Origin: Squalus acanthias
Lineage: Eukaryota
Reading direction: 5' to 3'
DNA length: 64,000 nt
Assembly: GCA_030390025.1 (NCBI GenBank)
Contig: JASTWF010000368.1
Span: 248,001-312,000 of the forward strand
Shown here: in pieces, positions 39,034 through 50,878 of the stretch
Layout of the letters: every line of letters starts with the position of its first letter
Position numbering within the stretch: the stretch's first letter is position 1
Made by a program: the position numbers and the translations under genes
The notes under the pieces: generated by a model
What the model was told of the DNA's origin: nothing
The model's database searches: none
Seen by the model: the letters and a program-made list of their open reading frames with translations, nothing else

Positions 39034-39256
39034 TTAATGCGTGGCTGGAGAGATGGTGCAGGAGGGAGGGCGTTAGATTCCTGGGACATTGAGACCGGTT
39101 CGGGGGGAGGTGGGACCTGTACAAGCCGGACGGGTTGCATCTCAACAGAGCCGGGACCAATCTCGCCGTGGGGTTTGCTAGTGCTGTTGGGGCGGGTTTA
39201 AACTAATTTGGCGGGGGGATGGGCACCAGGATGTAGCATTAGAAAGGAGAAACAAA

Positions 39257-39507
39257 GGGCTGGATTTTGATACTGGGGCGGGTTGGGGTCGTGTTATCCA
39301 CCCGCCTGCAATTGGATGTGGGAGATTGATGCAATTTTCACCTAATTGGGCAATTGAGTTCCAGCATGTGGGAACCCATGAACCAATTAGTGGTTTCAGT
39401 CTGAAAGTCGCCTCTGATGATGTCATCATTGCAGGTCAGAGACTGCCTGGTCTCAGAGATTGCCTGGCCTTTGCTGTGAGAGGACCTGGATGCAAAATGA
39501 GCAGCAT

Positions 39508-39550
<43 letters not shown>

Positions 39551-40018
39551 AAGAGAATGAATTTTTTTTTCCATCCAGGTCCTCCAAAGGCCCCGGCAGT
39601 CTCTGAAGACATTCAATGCAGCAGCATCAGAGGCGACTTTCAGACCTAATACTACTACTACCTTCATCACATCTCCGTTGTAATGGTGGACCTACAGCTG
39701 ATAGTCAGCTATCCACTTGTGCTCCCGCCAGGTTTCACCGGCGTGTTTCACACCAGGCGTGCTTCACGTCGGAAAAGGGTTAAACTAGCTAAAACGTTTC
39801 AAAATGGCATTACAGAGCCAATTTAGGGCTTGTTAAGGGCTTTATTGGCCTCTCCCGCCTCTTGGAGGCGGGACAGAGTCGGGAACCCCGCACACGATTT
39901 TATCAAAATTGCGTGGAGGCGGGTTGGAGGCGGGATGGGGTCGGGACCCCCGAATCTGCAACTTTAACCCCCCACACGCCTCCAAACCTGACTCCACGGG
40001 TCATTGAAAATCCAGCCC
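39257..40018. mobile_element. Non-autonomous DNA transposon (MITE, PIF/Harbinger-like), copy 1
   Basis: TIRs GGGCTGGATTTT...AAAATCCAGCCC; inverted homologue at 45154-45880; internal hairpin around (AG)n. Confidence 0.8.
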
Positions 40019-41005
40019 ACAATGCACAAAAGATTGGGAGAGACAGATCGCACTAGAGTAAGAAATAGTCAGTTATCAAGTGGGGTCAGACTAAGAGAGA
40101 GTACACGCAGGTCTAAGATAGGTTTACTGTGCATGTGTGTGAACGCACGAAGCGTGGTAAATAAGGTTGGTGAGCTGCAGGCGCAAATAGCCACATGGGA
40201 ATATGATGTCATGGCGATAACGGAGACCCGGCTCAAAAAAGGGCAGGATTGGGTACTAAATATTGCTGCATATAAGGTGTTCAGGAAAGATAGGAGGTGG
40301 TGTGGCAGTATTGGTCAAGGAGACTATTATAGTGCTGGAGAGAGAGGATGTCCTGGAGGGGTCAGGGACAGAATCTATTTGGTTAGAGTTAAGAAATAAT
40401 AGAGGTGCCATTACACGACTAGGTGTATTCTATAGGCCGCCAACTAGTGGGAAGGAAAAAGAGGAGCAAATTTACAGGGAAATTACAGAGAGGTGCAAGA
40501 ACTATCGAGTAGTGATAATGGGGGACTTCAACTATCCTAATATAGACTGGGATGGTAATAGTGTAAAGGGCAGAGAGGGGGAAGAATTTCTGAAGTGTGT
40601 TCAGGGGAACTTTCTTGATCAACACGTTTCTGGCCCAACGAGGAAGGAGGCATTGCTGGATCTGGTTCTGGGGAATGAGGTGGGTCAAGTGGAGCAAGTG
40701 TCAGGAGGGGTACATTTAGGGAACAGTGATCATAGTATCATAAGGTTTAGATTAGCTCTGGAAAAGGACAGGGAGCAATCAAGAGTAAAAATATTTAATT
40801 GGAGGAAGGCCTATTTCAGTGGGATGAGAACGGATCTGGCCCGGGTAAATTGGAATCAAAGATTGGCAGGTCAAACTGTAATTGAACAATGGGCTGCCTT
40901 TAAAGAGAAGATGGTTCGGGTATAGTCGAGGTACCTTCCCACGAGGGGGAAAGTTAGGGCAACTAAAACCAGAGCTCCCTGGATGACGAAAGCGATAGAG
41001 AGTAA

Positions 41006-43052
41006 CTAACAAGGGATAGTGGCTAACGAGGGAAATTAGGGACAGCATAAGATCCAAGGAGAGGACATATAAATTGGCCAGAAAAAGCAGCAAACCTGAG
41101 GATTGGGAGCAGTTTAGGATTCAGCAAAGGAGGACAAAGGGATTAATTAAGAGGGGGAAAATAGAGTATGAGAGTAAGCTTGCAGGGAACATAAAAACTG
41201 ACTGTAAAAGCTTCTATAGATATGTGAAGAGAAAAAGATTGGTGAAGTCAAGCGTCGGTCCCTTGCAGTCAGAATCAGGGGAATTTATAATGGGGAACAA
41301 AGAAATGGCTGACCAATTAAATACATACTTTGGTTCTGTCTTCACAAAGGAGGACACAAATAAACTCCCAGAGATGTCGGGGAACATAGGGTCTAATGAG
41401 AGGGAGGAACTGAAAGAAATCAGAATTTGTAGGGAAATGGTGTTAGGGAAATTGACGGGATTGAAGGCCGATAAATCCCCAGGGCCTGATAATCTACATC
41501 CTAGGGTACTTAAGGAAGTGGCCCTAGAAATAGTAGATGCATTGCTGGTCATCTTCCAACATTCTATAGACTCTGGAACAGTCCCCATGGATTGGAGGGT
41601 GGATAATGTAACCCCACTATTTAAAAAAGGTGGTAGAGAAAAAACGGGGAATTATAGACCAGTAAGCCTGACATCGGTAGTGGGGAAAATGCTAGAGTCC
41701 ATTATAAAAGATGTAATAGCAGAGCACTTGGAAAACAGTGACAGGATCGGACAAAGTCAACATGGATTTACAAAAGGTAAATCATGCTTGACTAATCTAC
41801 TGGAATTTTTTGAGGATGTAACTGGTAGAATAGATAAGGGAGAAACAGTGGATGTGGTGTATTTGGACTTTCAGAAGGCTTTCAATAAGGTCCCGCATAA
41901 GAGATTAGCGTGCAAAGTTAAAGCACATGGGATTGGGGGTGAGGTACCGACTTGGATAGAGAACTGGTTGGCAGACAGGAAGCAAAGAGTTGGAATAAAC
42001 GGGTCTTTTTTCGAGTGGCAGGCAGTGACTAGTGGGGTACCGCAGGGATCGGTGCTAGGACCCCAGTTATTCACAATATATATTAATGATCTAGACGAGG
42101 GAACTAGATGTAATATCTCCAAGTTTGCAGATGACACAAAGCTGGGTGGGTGTGTGTGTTGTGATGAGGAGGCAGAGAAACTCCAGTATGATTTGGACAA
42201 GTTGGGTGATTGGGCAGATGCATGGCAGATGCAGTATAATGTGGATAAATGCGAGGTTATCCACTTTGGTGGCAAAAACAGGAAGGCAGATTATTATCAG
42301 AACGGCAATAGATTGGGAAAAGGGGAAGTGCAACGAGACCTGGGAGTCCTTGTGCACCAGTCGTTGAAGGTAAGCATGCAGGTGCAGCAGGTGGTTAAGA
42401 AGGCAAATGGTATGTTGGCCTTCATAGCGAGAGGATTCGAGTACAGGAGCAAGGATGTCTTGCTGCAGTTGTACAGGGCCTTGGTGAGACCACACCTTGA
42501 GTATTGTGTGCAGTTTCGGTCGCCTTATCTGAGGAAGGATGTTGTTGCCATGGAGGGAGTGCAGCGAAGATTCACCAGACTGATACCTGGGATGGCAGGA
42601 ATGATGTATGAAGAGAGATTGGGACAATTGGGCTTGTATTCGCTAGAGTTTCGAAGAATGAGAGGGGATCTCATTGAAACTTATAAAATTCTAACAGGAC
42701 TAGACAGACTAGATGCAGGAAGGATGTTCCTGATGGCGGGGGAGTCCAGAACCAGGGGTCACAGTCTAAGGATAAGGGGTAAGCCATTTAGACTGAGATG
42801 AGGAGGAATTTCTTCACCCAGAGAGTGGTGAACCTGTGGAATTCTCTACAACAGAAGGCAGTTGAGGCCAATTCATTAAGTATATTCAGGAAGGAGTTAG
42901 ATATATTTCTTAAGGCTAAAGGGATCAAGGGATATGGGGAGAAAGCAGGGACAGGGTACTGAATTTGGATGATCAGCCATGATCGCATTGAATGGCGGAG
43001 CAGGCTAGAGGGGCCGAATGGCCTACTCCTGCTCCTATCTTCTATGTTTCTA
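41006..43052 (+). mobile_element. Young 5'-truncated CR1 with a 575-aa uninterrupted RT ORF, nested in the host CR1 ORF2
   Basis: ORF 41074-42801 with NYRPVSLTS, QHGF, YLDFQKAF, GVPQGSVLGP, FADD; CR1 tail. Confidence 0.92.
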
Positions 43053-44422
43053 TGAAGCAGAAAAAGAACGCATATGGCAGATGTCAGGTTGAGAATACAA
43101 GTGAGAATCAGGCTGAATATAGAAAGTTCAGAGGGGAAGTGAAAAAGAAAATAAGAGGGGCAAAGAGAGAGTTTGAGAATAGATTAGCAGCTAACATAAA
43201 AGGAAATTCAAAAGTCTTCTATAGGTACATAAATAATAAACGGGTAGTAAGAGGAGGGCTGGGGCCGATTAGGGACCATAAAGGAGACCTACCCATGGAG
43301 GCAGAGGGCATGGCTGAGGAACTAAATGAGTACTTTGCATCTGTCTTCACCAAGGAAGAAGATGCTGCCATAGACATAGTGAAAGAAGAGGTAGTGGAGA
43401 TACTGGATGGCATAAAAATTGTTAAAGAGGAGGTACTAGAAATGCTGGCTGTACTTAAAGTAGTTAAGTCACCAGGACCGGATGGGATGCATCCTAGGAT
43501 ACTGAGGGAAGTAAAGGTGGAAATTGCGGAGGTACTGGCCATAATCTTCCAATCCTCCTTAGATATACGGGTGGTGCCAGAGGACTGGAGAACTGCAAAT
43601 GTTGCACCCTTGTTCAAAAAATGGTGTAAGGATAAACCCAGCAACTACAGGCCAGTCAGTTTAACCTCGGTAGTGGGGAAGCTTTTAGAAACGATAATCA
43701 GGGACAAAATTAACAGTCACTTGGACAAGTATGGATTAATTAAGGAAAGCCAGCACGGATTTGTTAAAGGCAAATCGTGTTTAACTAACTTCGAGTTTTT
43801 TGATGAGATAACAGAGAGGGTTGATGAGGGTAATGCGGTTGATGTGGTGTACATGGACTTCCAAAAGGCGTTTGATGAAGTGCCACATAATAGGCTTGCC
43901 AGCAAAGTTGAAGCCCATGGAATAAAAGGGACAGCGGCAGCATGGATACGAAATTGGCTAAGTGACAGGAAACAGAGAGTAGTGGTGAACAGTTGTTTTT
44001 CGGACTGGAGGAAGGTATACAGTGGTGTTCCCCAGGGGTCGGTTCTAGGACCACTGCTTTTCTTGATATATATTAATGACTTGGACTTGGGTGTACAGGG
44101 CACAATTTCAAAATTTGCAGATGACACAAAACTTGGAAGTATATCGAACAGTGAGGAGGATAGGGATAGACTTCAAGAGGATATAGACAGGCTGGTGGAA
44201 TGGGCGGACACGTGGCAGATGAAATTTAACACAGAAAAGTGCGAAGTGATACATTTTGGTAGGAAGAACGAGGAGAGGCAATGTAAACTAAAGGGTACAA
44301 TCCTAAATGGGGTGCATGAACAGAGAGACCTGGGGTATATGTGCACAAATCGTTGAAGGTGGCAGGGCAGGTTGAGAAAGCAGTTAAAAAAGCATACGGG
44401 ATCCAGGGCTTCATAAATAGAG

Positions 44423-44583
44423 AGGTCGCACAACACCAGGTTATAGTCCAACAGTTTTATTTGAAATCACAAGCTTTCGGAGCTATCGATTTGCTCCTTC
44501 CTCAGGTGAAGTAAATTAGATACAGAATCTCCAAAGCATATATAGATGGAAAACAGAGCATGTGTACTTTACAATTGCAGACC
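44423..44583 (-). mobile_element. Penelope pLTR fragment inserted in the CR1
   Basis: 7-bp TSD AATAGAG at 44416-44422 and 44584-44590; Penelope-type end aataaaactgttggactataacctggtgttgtg; contains a hammerhead. Confidence 0.75.
44467..44509 (-). ncRNA. Minimal type I hammerhead ribozyme (Penelope), sense to the TNKS1BP1 pre-mRNA
   Basis: UCAC-CUGAGGA-A-GGAGC-loop-GCUCC-GAAA-GC-UU^GUGA; palindromic AAGCUU. Confidence 0.75.
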
Positions 44584-45153
44584 AATAGAGGCATAGAGTA
44601 CAAAAGCAAGGAAGTTATGATGAACCTTTATAAAACATTGGTTCGGCCTCAACTGGAGTATTGTGTCCAATTCTGGGCACTGCACTTTAGGAAGGATGTG
44701 AAGGGCTTAGAGAGGGTGCAGAAAAGATTTACGAGAATGGTTCCAGGGATGAGGGACTTCAGTTACATTGATAGACTGGAGAAGCTGGGGTTGTTCTCCT
44801 TAGAGCAGAGAAGGTGGAGGGGTGATTTGATAGAGGTGTTCAAAATCATGAGGGGTCTGGACAGAGTAGATCGAGAGAAACTGTTCCCATTGGCGGAAGG
44901 GTCGAGAACGAGAGGACGCAGATTTAAGGTGATTGGCAAAAGAACCAAAGGCGACATGAGGAAAAACTTTTTTACACAGCGAGTGGTTAGGATCTGGGAT
45001 GCACTGCCTGAGAGGGTGGTGGAGGCAGATTCAATCGTGGCTTTCAAAAGGGAATTGGATAAAGGAAGGAAAAAAATTTGCAGGGCTACGGGGAAAGGGC
45101 GGGGGAGTGGGACTAGCTGAAGTGCTGTAACCATTCTATGATGGAGAGACTCC

Positions 45154-45880
45154 GGGCTGGATTTTCATAGGGCCGTGGAGGCGGGTTTGGAGGCGTGTGG
45201 GGGGTTAAAATTGCAAAAAGTGGCGGGCGGGCCCGATCCCGCCTCCACGCAATTTTGATAAAATCGGTCGCGGGGTTCCCGACTCCGTCCCGCCTCCGAG
45301 AGGCGGGAGAGGCCATTAAAGCCCTTAACAAGCCCTAAATTGGCTCTGTAATGCCATTTTGAAACGTTTTAGCTAGTTTAACCCTTTTCCGACGTGAAGC
45401 ACGCCTGATGTGAAACACGCCAGTGAAACCTGGCGGGAGCACAAGTGGATAGCTGACTATCAGCTGCAGGTCCACTATTACAACGGAGATGTGATGAAGG
45501 TAGTAGTAGTATTAGGTCTGAAAGTCGCCTCTGATGCTGCTGCATTGAATGTCTTCAGAGACTGCCTGGCCTTTGCTGTGAGAGGACCTGGATGGAAAAA
45601 AAATTCTCTCTCTCTCTCTCTGAGCTTTTTGCATCCAGGTCCACTCACAGCAAAGGCCAGGCAGTCTCTGAAGACCTTCAATGCAGCAGCAATGATGACA
45701 TCATCAGAGGCGACTTTCAGACTGAAACCACTAATTGGTTCATGGGTTCCCACATGCTGGAACTCAATTGCCCAATTAGGTGAAAATTGCATCAATCTCC
45801 CACATCCAATTGCAGTCGGGTGGATAACACGAAATGCGGATGACACGACCCCAACTCGTCCCAGTATCAAAATCCAGCCC
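45154..45880. mobile_element. MITE copy 2, inverted relative to copy 1, inserted in a 33-bp minisatellite unit
   Basis: Same TIRs; flanks gagac-TCC / TTC-ctcttt suggest an imperfect 3-bp TSD. Confidence 0.82.
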
Positions 45881-46510
45881 TTCCTCTTTAAACAGGGTCC
45901 CTGATGGAGAGATTCCCTCTTTAAACAGGGTCCCTGACGGAGAGACTCTCTCTTTAAACAGGTTCTCTGACGAAGAGACTCCCTCGTTAAACAGGGTCCC
46001 TGATGGAGAGACTTCCTCTTTAAACAGGGTCCCTGATGGAGAGACTCCCTCTTTAAACAGGGTCCCTGACGGAGAGACTCCCTCTTTAAACAGGGTCCCT
46101 GATGGAGAGACTCCCCCTTTAAACAGGGTCAGTGACGGAGAGACTCCCTCTTTAAACAGGGTCACTGATGGAGAGACTCCCTCTTTAAACAGGGTTCCTG
46201 ATGGAGAGACTCCCTCTTTAAACAGGGTCCCTGATGGAGAGACTCCCTCTTTAAACAGGGTCCCTGATGGAGAGACTCCCTCTTTAAACAGGGTCCCTGA
46301 TGGAGAGACTCCCTCTTTAAACAGGATCCCTGACGGAGAGACTCCCTCTTTAAACAGGGCCTCTGATGGAGAGACTCCCTCTTTAAATAGTGTCTCTGAT
46401 GGAGAGACTCCTTCTTTAAACAGGGTCCCGGACGGAGAGACTCCCTCTTTAAACAGGGTCCCGGACGGAAAGACTCCCTCTTTAAACAGGGTCCCTGACC
46501 GAGAGACTCC
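45881..46510. repeat. Continuation of the 33-bp CTGA(C/T)GGAGAGACTCCC minisatellite, about 19 copies
   Basis: Same unit as 34660-37232. Confidence 0.95.
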
Positions 46511-46555
46511 AGTACACTGACTCAGGGTAGTGGGGTCTGGTTAAGCTGTGTTTAC

Positions 46556-46743
46556 CTTGGCTCTGACTCCAGAATCTCGTCTGGTGTGCTCAGTCTGGCG
46601 AGGTCCTTCGATCGCCGTTGGGCGCTGCGGATTAGCATTTCGGTGGGACTGAATTTCACCTGTTCCCGCTCCTGCCCCTCGCCCTCCGCTCTGGGGTAGC
46701 CCACCTCGGGGGGGGAATCCTGGATCGATTCAACCTGGTCAGG
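46556..46743 (-). CDS. TNKS1BP1: TNKS1BP1 coding exon (PDQVESIQDSPPEVGYPRAEGEGQE...ILESEP)
   Basis: Open frame; tctccAG acceptor, AG|GTAAAC donor; phase 0 to 2 fits both neighbours; contains RAEGEG. Confidence 0.8.
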
Positions 46744-46825
46744 CTGGAGACAAGCAAATCAGAGGTTAACCTTGCGCCCTTCACACAGCGCAGGAAAGGT
46801 TCCATCCCCGGCCTGTGCTGAGTTA

Positions 46826-49550
46826 GCTGCCCGGTGTCTGTAACTGGGGAGAGGTGGGTGAGAGGGTTAATCCCCTCCGATAGGGACAGGCTGCCCCGGT
46901 GTCTGTAAATGGGGAGAGGTGGGTGAGAGGGTTAATCCCCTCTGATAGGGAACAGGCTGCCCGGTGTCTGTAAATGGGGAGAGGTGGGTGAGAGGGTTAA
47001 TCCCCTCCGATATGGAACAGGCTGCCCGGTGTCTGTAATTGGGGAGAGGTGGGTGAGAGGGTTAAACCCCTCCGATATAGACAGGCTGCCTGGTGTCTGT
47101 AACTGGGGAGAGGTGGGTGAGAGGGTTAATCCCCTCCGATAGGGACAGGCTGCCCGGTGTCTGTAAATGGGGAGAGGTGGGTGAGAGGGTTAAACCCCTC
47201 CGATATAGACAGGCTGCCCGGTGTCTGTAACTGGGGAGAGGTGGGTGAGAGGGTTAATCCCCTCCGATAGGGACAGGCTGCCCGGTGTCTGTAAATGGGG
47301 AGAGGTGGGTGAGAGGGTTAATCCCCTCTGATAGGGAACAGGCTGCCCGGTGTCTGTAAATGGGGGAGAGGTGGTTGTGAGAGGGTTAATCCCCTCTGAT
47401 AGGGACAGGCTGCCCGGTGTCTGTAAATGGGGAGAGGTGGGTGAGAGGGTTAATCCCCTCCGATAGGGAACAGGCTGCCCGGTGTCTGTAACTGGGGAGA
47501 GGTGGGTGAGAGGGTTAATCCCCTCCGATAGGGACAGGCTGCCCCGGAGTTTGTAAATGGGGGAGAGGTGGGTGAGAGGGTTAATCCCCTCTGATAGGGA
47601 CAGGCTGCCCCGGAGTTTGTAAATGGGGGAGAGGTGGGTGAGAGGGTTAATCCCCTCCGATAGGGAACAGGCTGCCCGGTGTCTGTAAATGGGATGAGGT
47701 GGGTGAGAGGGTTAATCCCCACTGATAGGAATAGGCTGCCCGGTGTCTGTAAATGGGAAGAGGTGGGTGAGAGGGTTAATCCCCTCTGATAGGGAACAGG
47801 CTGCCCGGTGGCTGTAAATGGGGGAGAGGTGGGTGAGAGAGGGTTAATCCCCTCTGATAGGGAACAGAATGCCCGGTGTCTGTAAATGGGGAGAGGTGGG
47901 TGAGAGGGTTAATCCCCTCCGATAGGGACAGGCTGCCCGGTGTTTGTAAATGGGGAGAGGTGGGTGAGAGGGTTAATCCCCTCTGATAGGGAACAGGCTG
48001 CCCCGGAGTTTGTAAATGGGGAAAGGTGGGTGAGAGAGGGTTAATCCCCTCTGATAGGGAACAGGCTGTCCGGTGTCTGTAAATGGGGGAGAGGTGGGTG
48101 AGAGGGTTAATCCCCTCCGATAGGGAACAGGCTGCCTGGTGTCTGTAAATGGTGAGAGGTGGGTGAGAGGGTTAATCCCCTCCGATAGGGAACAGGGTGC
48201 CCCGGTGTCTGTAAATGGGGAGAGGTGGGTGAGCGGGTTAATCCCCTCCGATAGGGAACAGGCTGCCCGGTGTCTGTAAATGGGGAGAGGTGGATGAGAG
48301 GGTTAATCCCCTCCGATAGGGACAGGCTGCCTGGTGTCTGTAAATGGGGAGAGGTGGATGAGAGGGTTAATCCCCTCCGATAGGGACAGGCTGCCTGGTG
48401 TCTGTAAATGGGGAGAGGTGGGTGAGCGAGGGTTAATCCCCTCCGATAGGGACAGGCTGCCCGATGCCTGTGAATGGGGAGAGGTGGGTGAGAGGGTTAA
48501 TCCCCTCCGATAGGGAACAGGCTGCCCGGTGTCTGTAAATGGGGAGAGGTGGGTGAGAGGGTTAATCCCCTCTGATAGGGAACAGGCTGCCCGGTGTCTG
48601 TAAATGGGGGAGAGGTGGGTGAGAGAGGGTTAATCCCCTCTGATAGGGAACAGAATGCCCGGTGTCTGTAAATGGGGAGAGGTGGATGAGAGGGTTAATC
48701 CCCTCCGATAGGGACAGGCTGCCCGGTGTCTGTAAATGGGGAGAGGTGGGTGAGAGGGTTAATCCCCTCTGATAGGGAACAGGCTGCCCCGGAGTTTGTA
48801 AATGGGGAAAGGTGGGTGAGAGAGGGTTAATCCCCTCTGATAGGGAACAGGCTGTCCGGTGTCTGTAAATGGGGGAGAGGTGGGTGAGAGGGTTAATCCC
48901 CTCCGATAGGGAACAGGCTGCCTGGTGTCTGTAAATGGTGAGAGGTGGGTGAGAGGGTTAATCCCCTCCGATAGGGAACAGGGTGCCCCGGTGTCTGTAA
49001 ATGGGGAGAGGTGGGTGAGCGGGTTAATCCCCTCCGATAGGGAACAGGCTGCCCGGTGTCTGTAAATGGGGAGAGGTGGATGAGAGGGTTAATCCCCTCC
49101 GATAGGGACAGGCTGCCTGGTGTCTGTAAATGGGGAGAGGTGGATGAGAGGGTTAATCCCCTCCGATAGGGAACAGGGTGCCCCGGTGTCTGTAAATGGG
49201 GAGAGGTGGATGAGAGGGTTAATCCCCTCCGATAGGGACAGGCTGCCTGGTGTCTGTAAATGGGGAGAGGTGGGTGAGAGGGTTAATCCCCTCCGATAGG
49301 GAACAGGCTGCCCCGGTGTCTGTAAATGGGGAGAGGTGGGTGAGCGGGTTAATCCCCTCCGATAGGGACAGGCTGCCCGGTGTCTGTAAATGGGGAGAGG
49401 TGGGTGAGAGGGTTAATCCCCTCCGATAGGGACAGGCTGCCTGGTGTCTGTAAATGGGGAGAGGTGGATGAGAGGGTTAATCCCCTCCGATAGGGACAGG
49501 CTGCCTGGTGTCTGTAAATGGGGAGAGGTGGGTGAGCGAGGGTTAATCCC
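46826..49550. repeat. About 64-66 bp minisatellite CTGCCCGGTGTCTGTAAATGGGGAGAGGTGGGTGAGAGGGTTAATCCCCTCCGATAGGGACAGG, about 42 copies
   Basis: Tandem periodicity. Confidence 0.95.
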
Positions 49551-49564
49551 CTATCATTACTCAC

Positions 49565-49960
49565 CAGACCCCCACTCTCCCTCAGGTATTGATCGGGCGT
49601 GTCTGGGGATCCAATGTCACTCCCAATCCCGGAGTCGTTGCATTCCGAGTTGCTGCTGTGCCGGAGACTCAACTTGTCCAGGAGGGACGCGATCGAAACG
49701 CACCCCGCGACCTCGTCCTCCAGCGCCATCCTCTCACCGCACCCCTTCCCCTCCCCGCCCTGGCGATCCACTTGCTCAGGCACTGTCCGATCCGGGGCTC
49801 TTCCTGTCCCTGTCTGTCCCGCGCCCTGCCTGCCCGAGCCTCTCGCACATCCCACCGAGATGCTGTGTGTGTTTTTTTTAAAGTGCCGGCGCGCTGGGGG
49901 GAACTTGCTGGAACCTGTTCGACTGCCTGCCTGCCTGTCGGCCGGCCGCTCCTCTCCCGG
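49565..49960 (-). CDS. TNKS1BP1: Optional cassette or alternative first exon of TNKS1BP1 (...MALEDEVAGCVSIASLLDKLSLRHSSNSECNDSGIGSDIGSPDTPDQYLRESGGL)
   Basis: Strong phase-0 donor CTG|GTGAGT; weak phase-0 acceptor ending at 49961; aggATGG Kozak at 49729. The 5' boundary is uncertain. Confidence 0.55.
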
Positions 49961-50149
49961 CTGTTGGGAAGTTCCGCGCGCTCCCCTCCCTGTTCATCAT
50001 CCCCGTACCCGCGACACTCCCTGTGCTCAAACACCGCGCCGCAACTCACAGGCACCGGCCTTAAAGGGACAGGACACCCCCCAGCACAGGTCTCCCAAGG
50101 GACAGGATCCGCTCATCGACACAGTTCAAGGGACAGGACATGCTCACCA

Positions 50150-50845
50150 GCACTGTTAAAGTGACAGCACACCCTCACCAACAGTTAAAGGGACAGGACA
50201 CCCTCGCCGGCACAGTTAAAGGGACAGGACACCCTCGCCGGCACAGTTAAAGGGACAGGACACCCTCGCCGGCACAGTTAAAGGGACAGGACACCCTCGC
50301 CGGCACAGTTAAAGGGACAGGACACCCTCGCCGGCACAGTTAAAGGGACAGGACACCCTCGCCGGCACAGTTAAAGGGACAGGACACCCTCACCAGTTGA
50401 ATTAAAGGGACAGCACATCCTCACCAACACAGGCCTTAAAGGGACAGCACACTCTCCAACAACACAGTTGAAGGCACAGTACACACTTGTCAACACAGTT
50501 AAAGGCACAGTACACACTCTCCAACACAGTTAAAGGCACAGTACACACTCTCCAACACAGTTAAAGGGAGAGTACACACTCTCCAACACAGTTAAAGGTA
50601 CAGTACACACTCTCCAACACAGTTAAAGGCACAGTACACACTCTCCAACACAGTTAAAGGCACAGTACACACTCTCCAACACAGTTAAAGGCACAGTACA
50701 CACTCTCCAACACAGTTAAAGGCACAGTACACACTCTCCAACACAGTTAAAGGCACAGTACACACTCTCCAACACAGTTAAAGGCACAGTACACACTCTC
50801 CAACACAGTTAAAGGCACAGTACACACTCTCCAACACAGTTAAAG
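50150..50845. repeat. 31-bp minisatellite in two variant blocks (CACAGTTAAAGGGACAGGACACCCTCGCCGG and ACACAGTTAAAGGCACAGTACACACTCTCCA)
   Basis: Tandem periodicity. Confidence 0.9.
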
Positions 50846-50878
50846 CGACATTGCCACGACCCCCCCAACGCCAGTTAC

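Larger units (their letters stand above)
37233..45138 (+). mobile_element. Near full-length degenerate CR1 LINE (5'UTR; ORF1 with CxxC and SGNH-esterase-like part from 37501; ORF2 APE and RT) carrying five nested insertions
   Basis: ORF1 MAGHLSPMECTSC..., VHIGINDIG; APE motifs NARS, AITET, GDFN, SDH (40100-40925); RT at 43053-45120; ttctatg tail. Confidence 0.88.

Noticed and set aside
41074..42801. Autonomous active retrotransposon or domesticated RT gene
   Set aside because: 5'-truncated, lacks APE and ORF1, and is frameshifted near the C-terminus.
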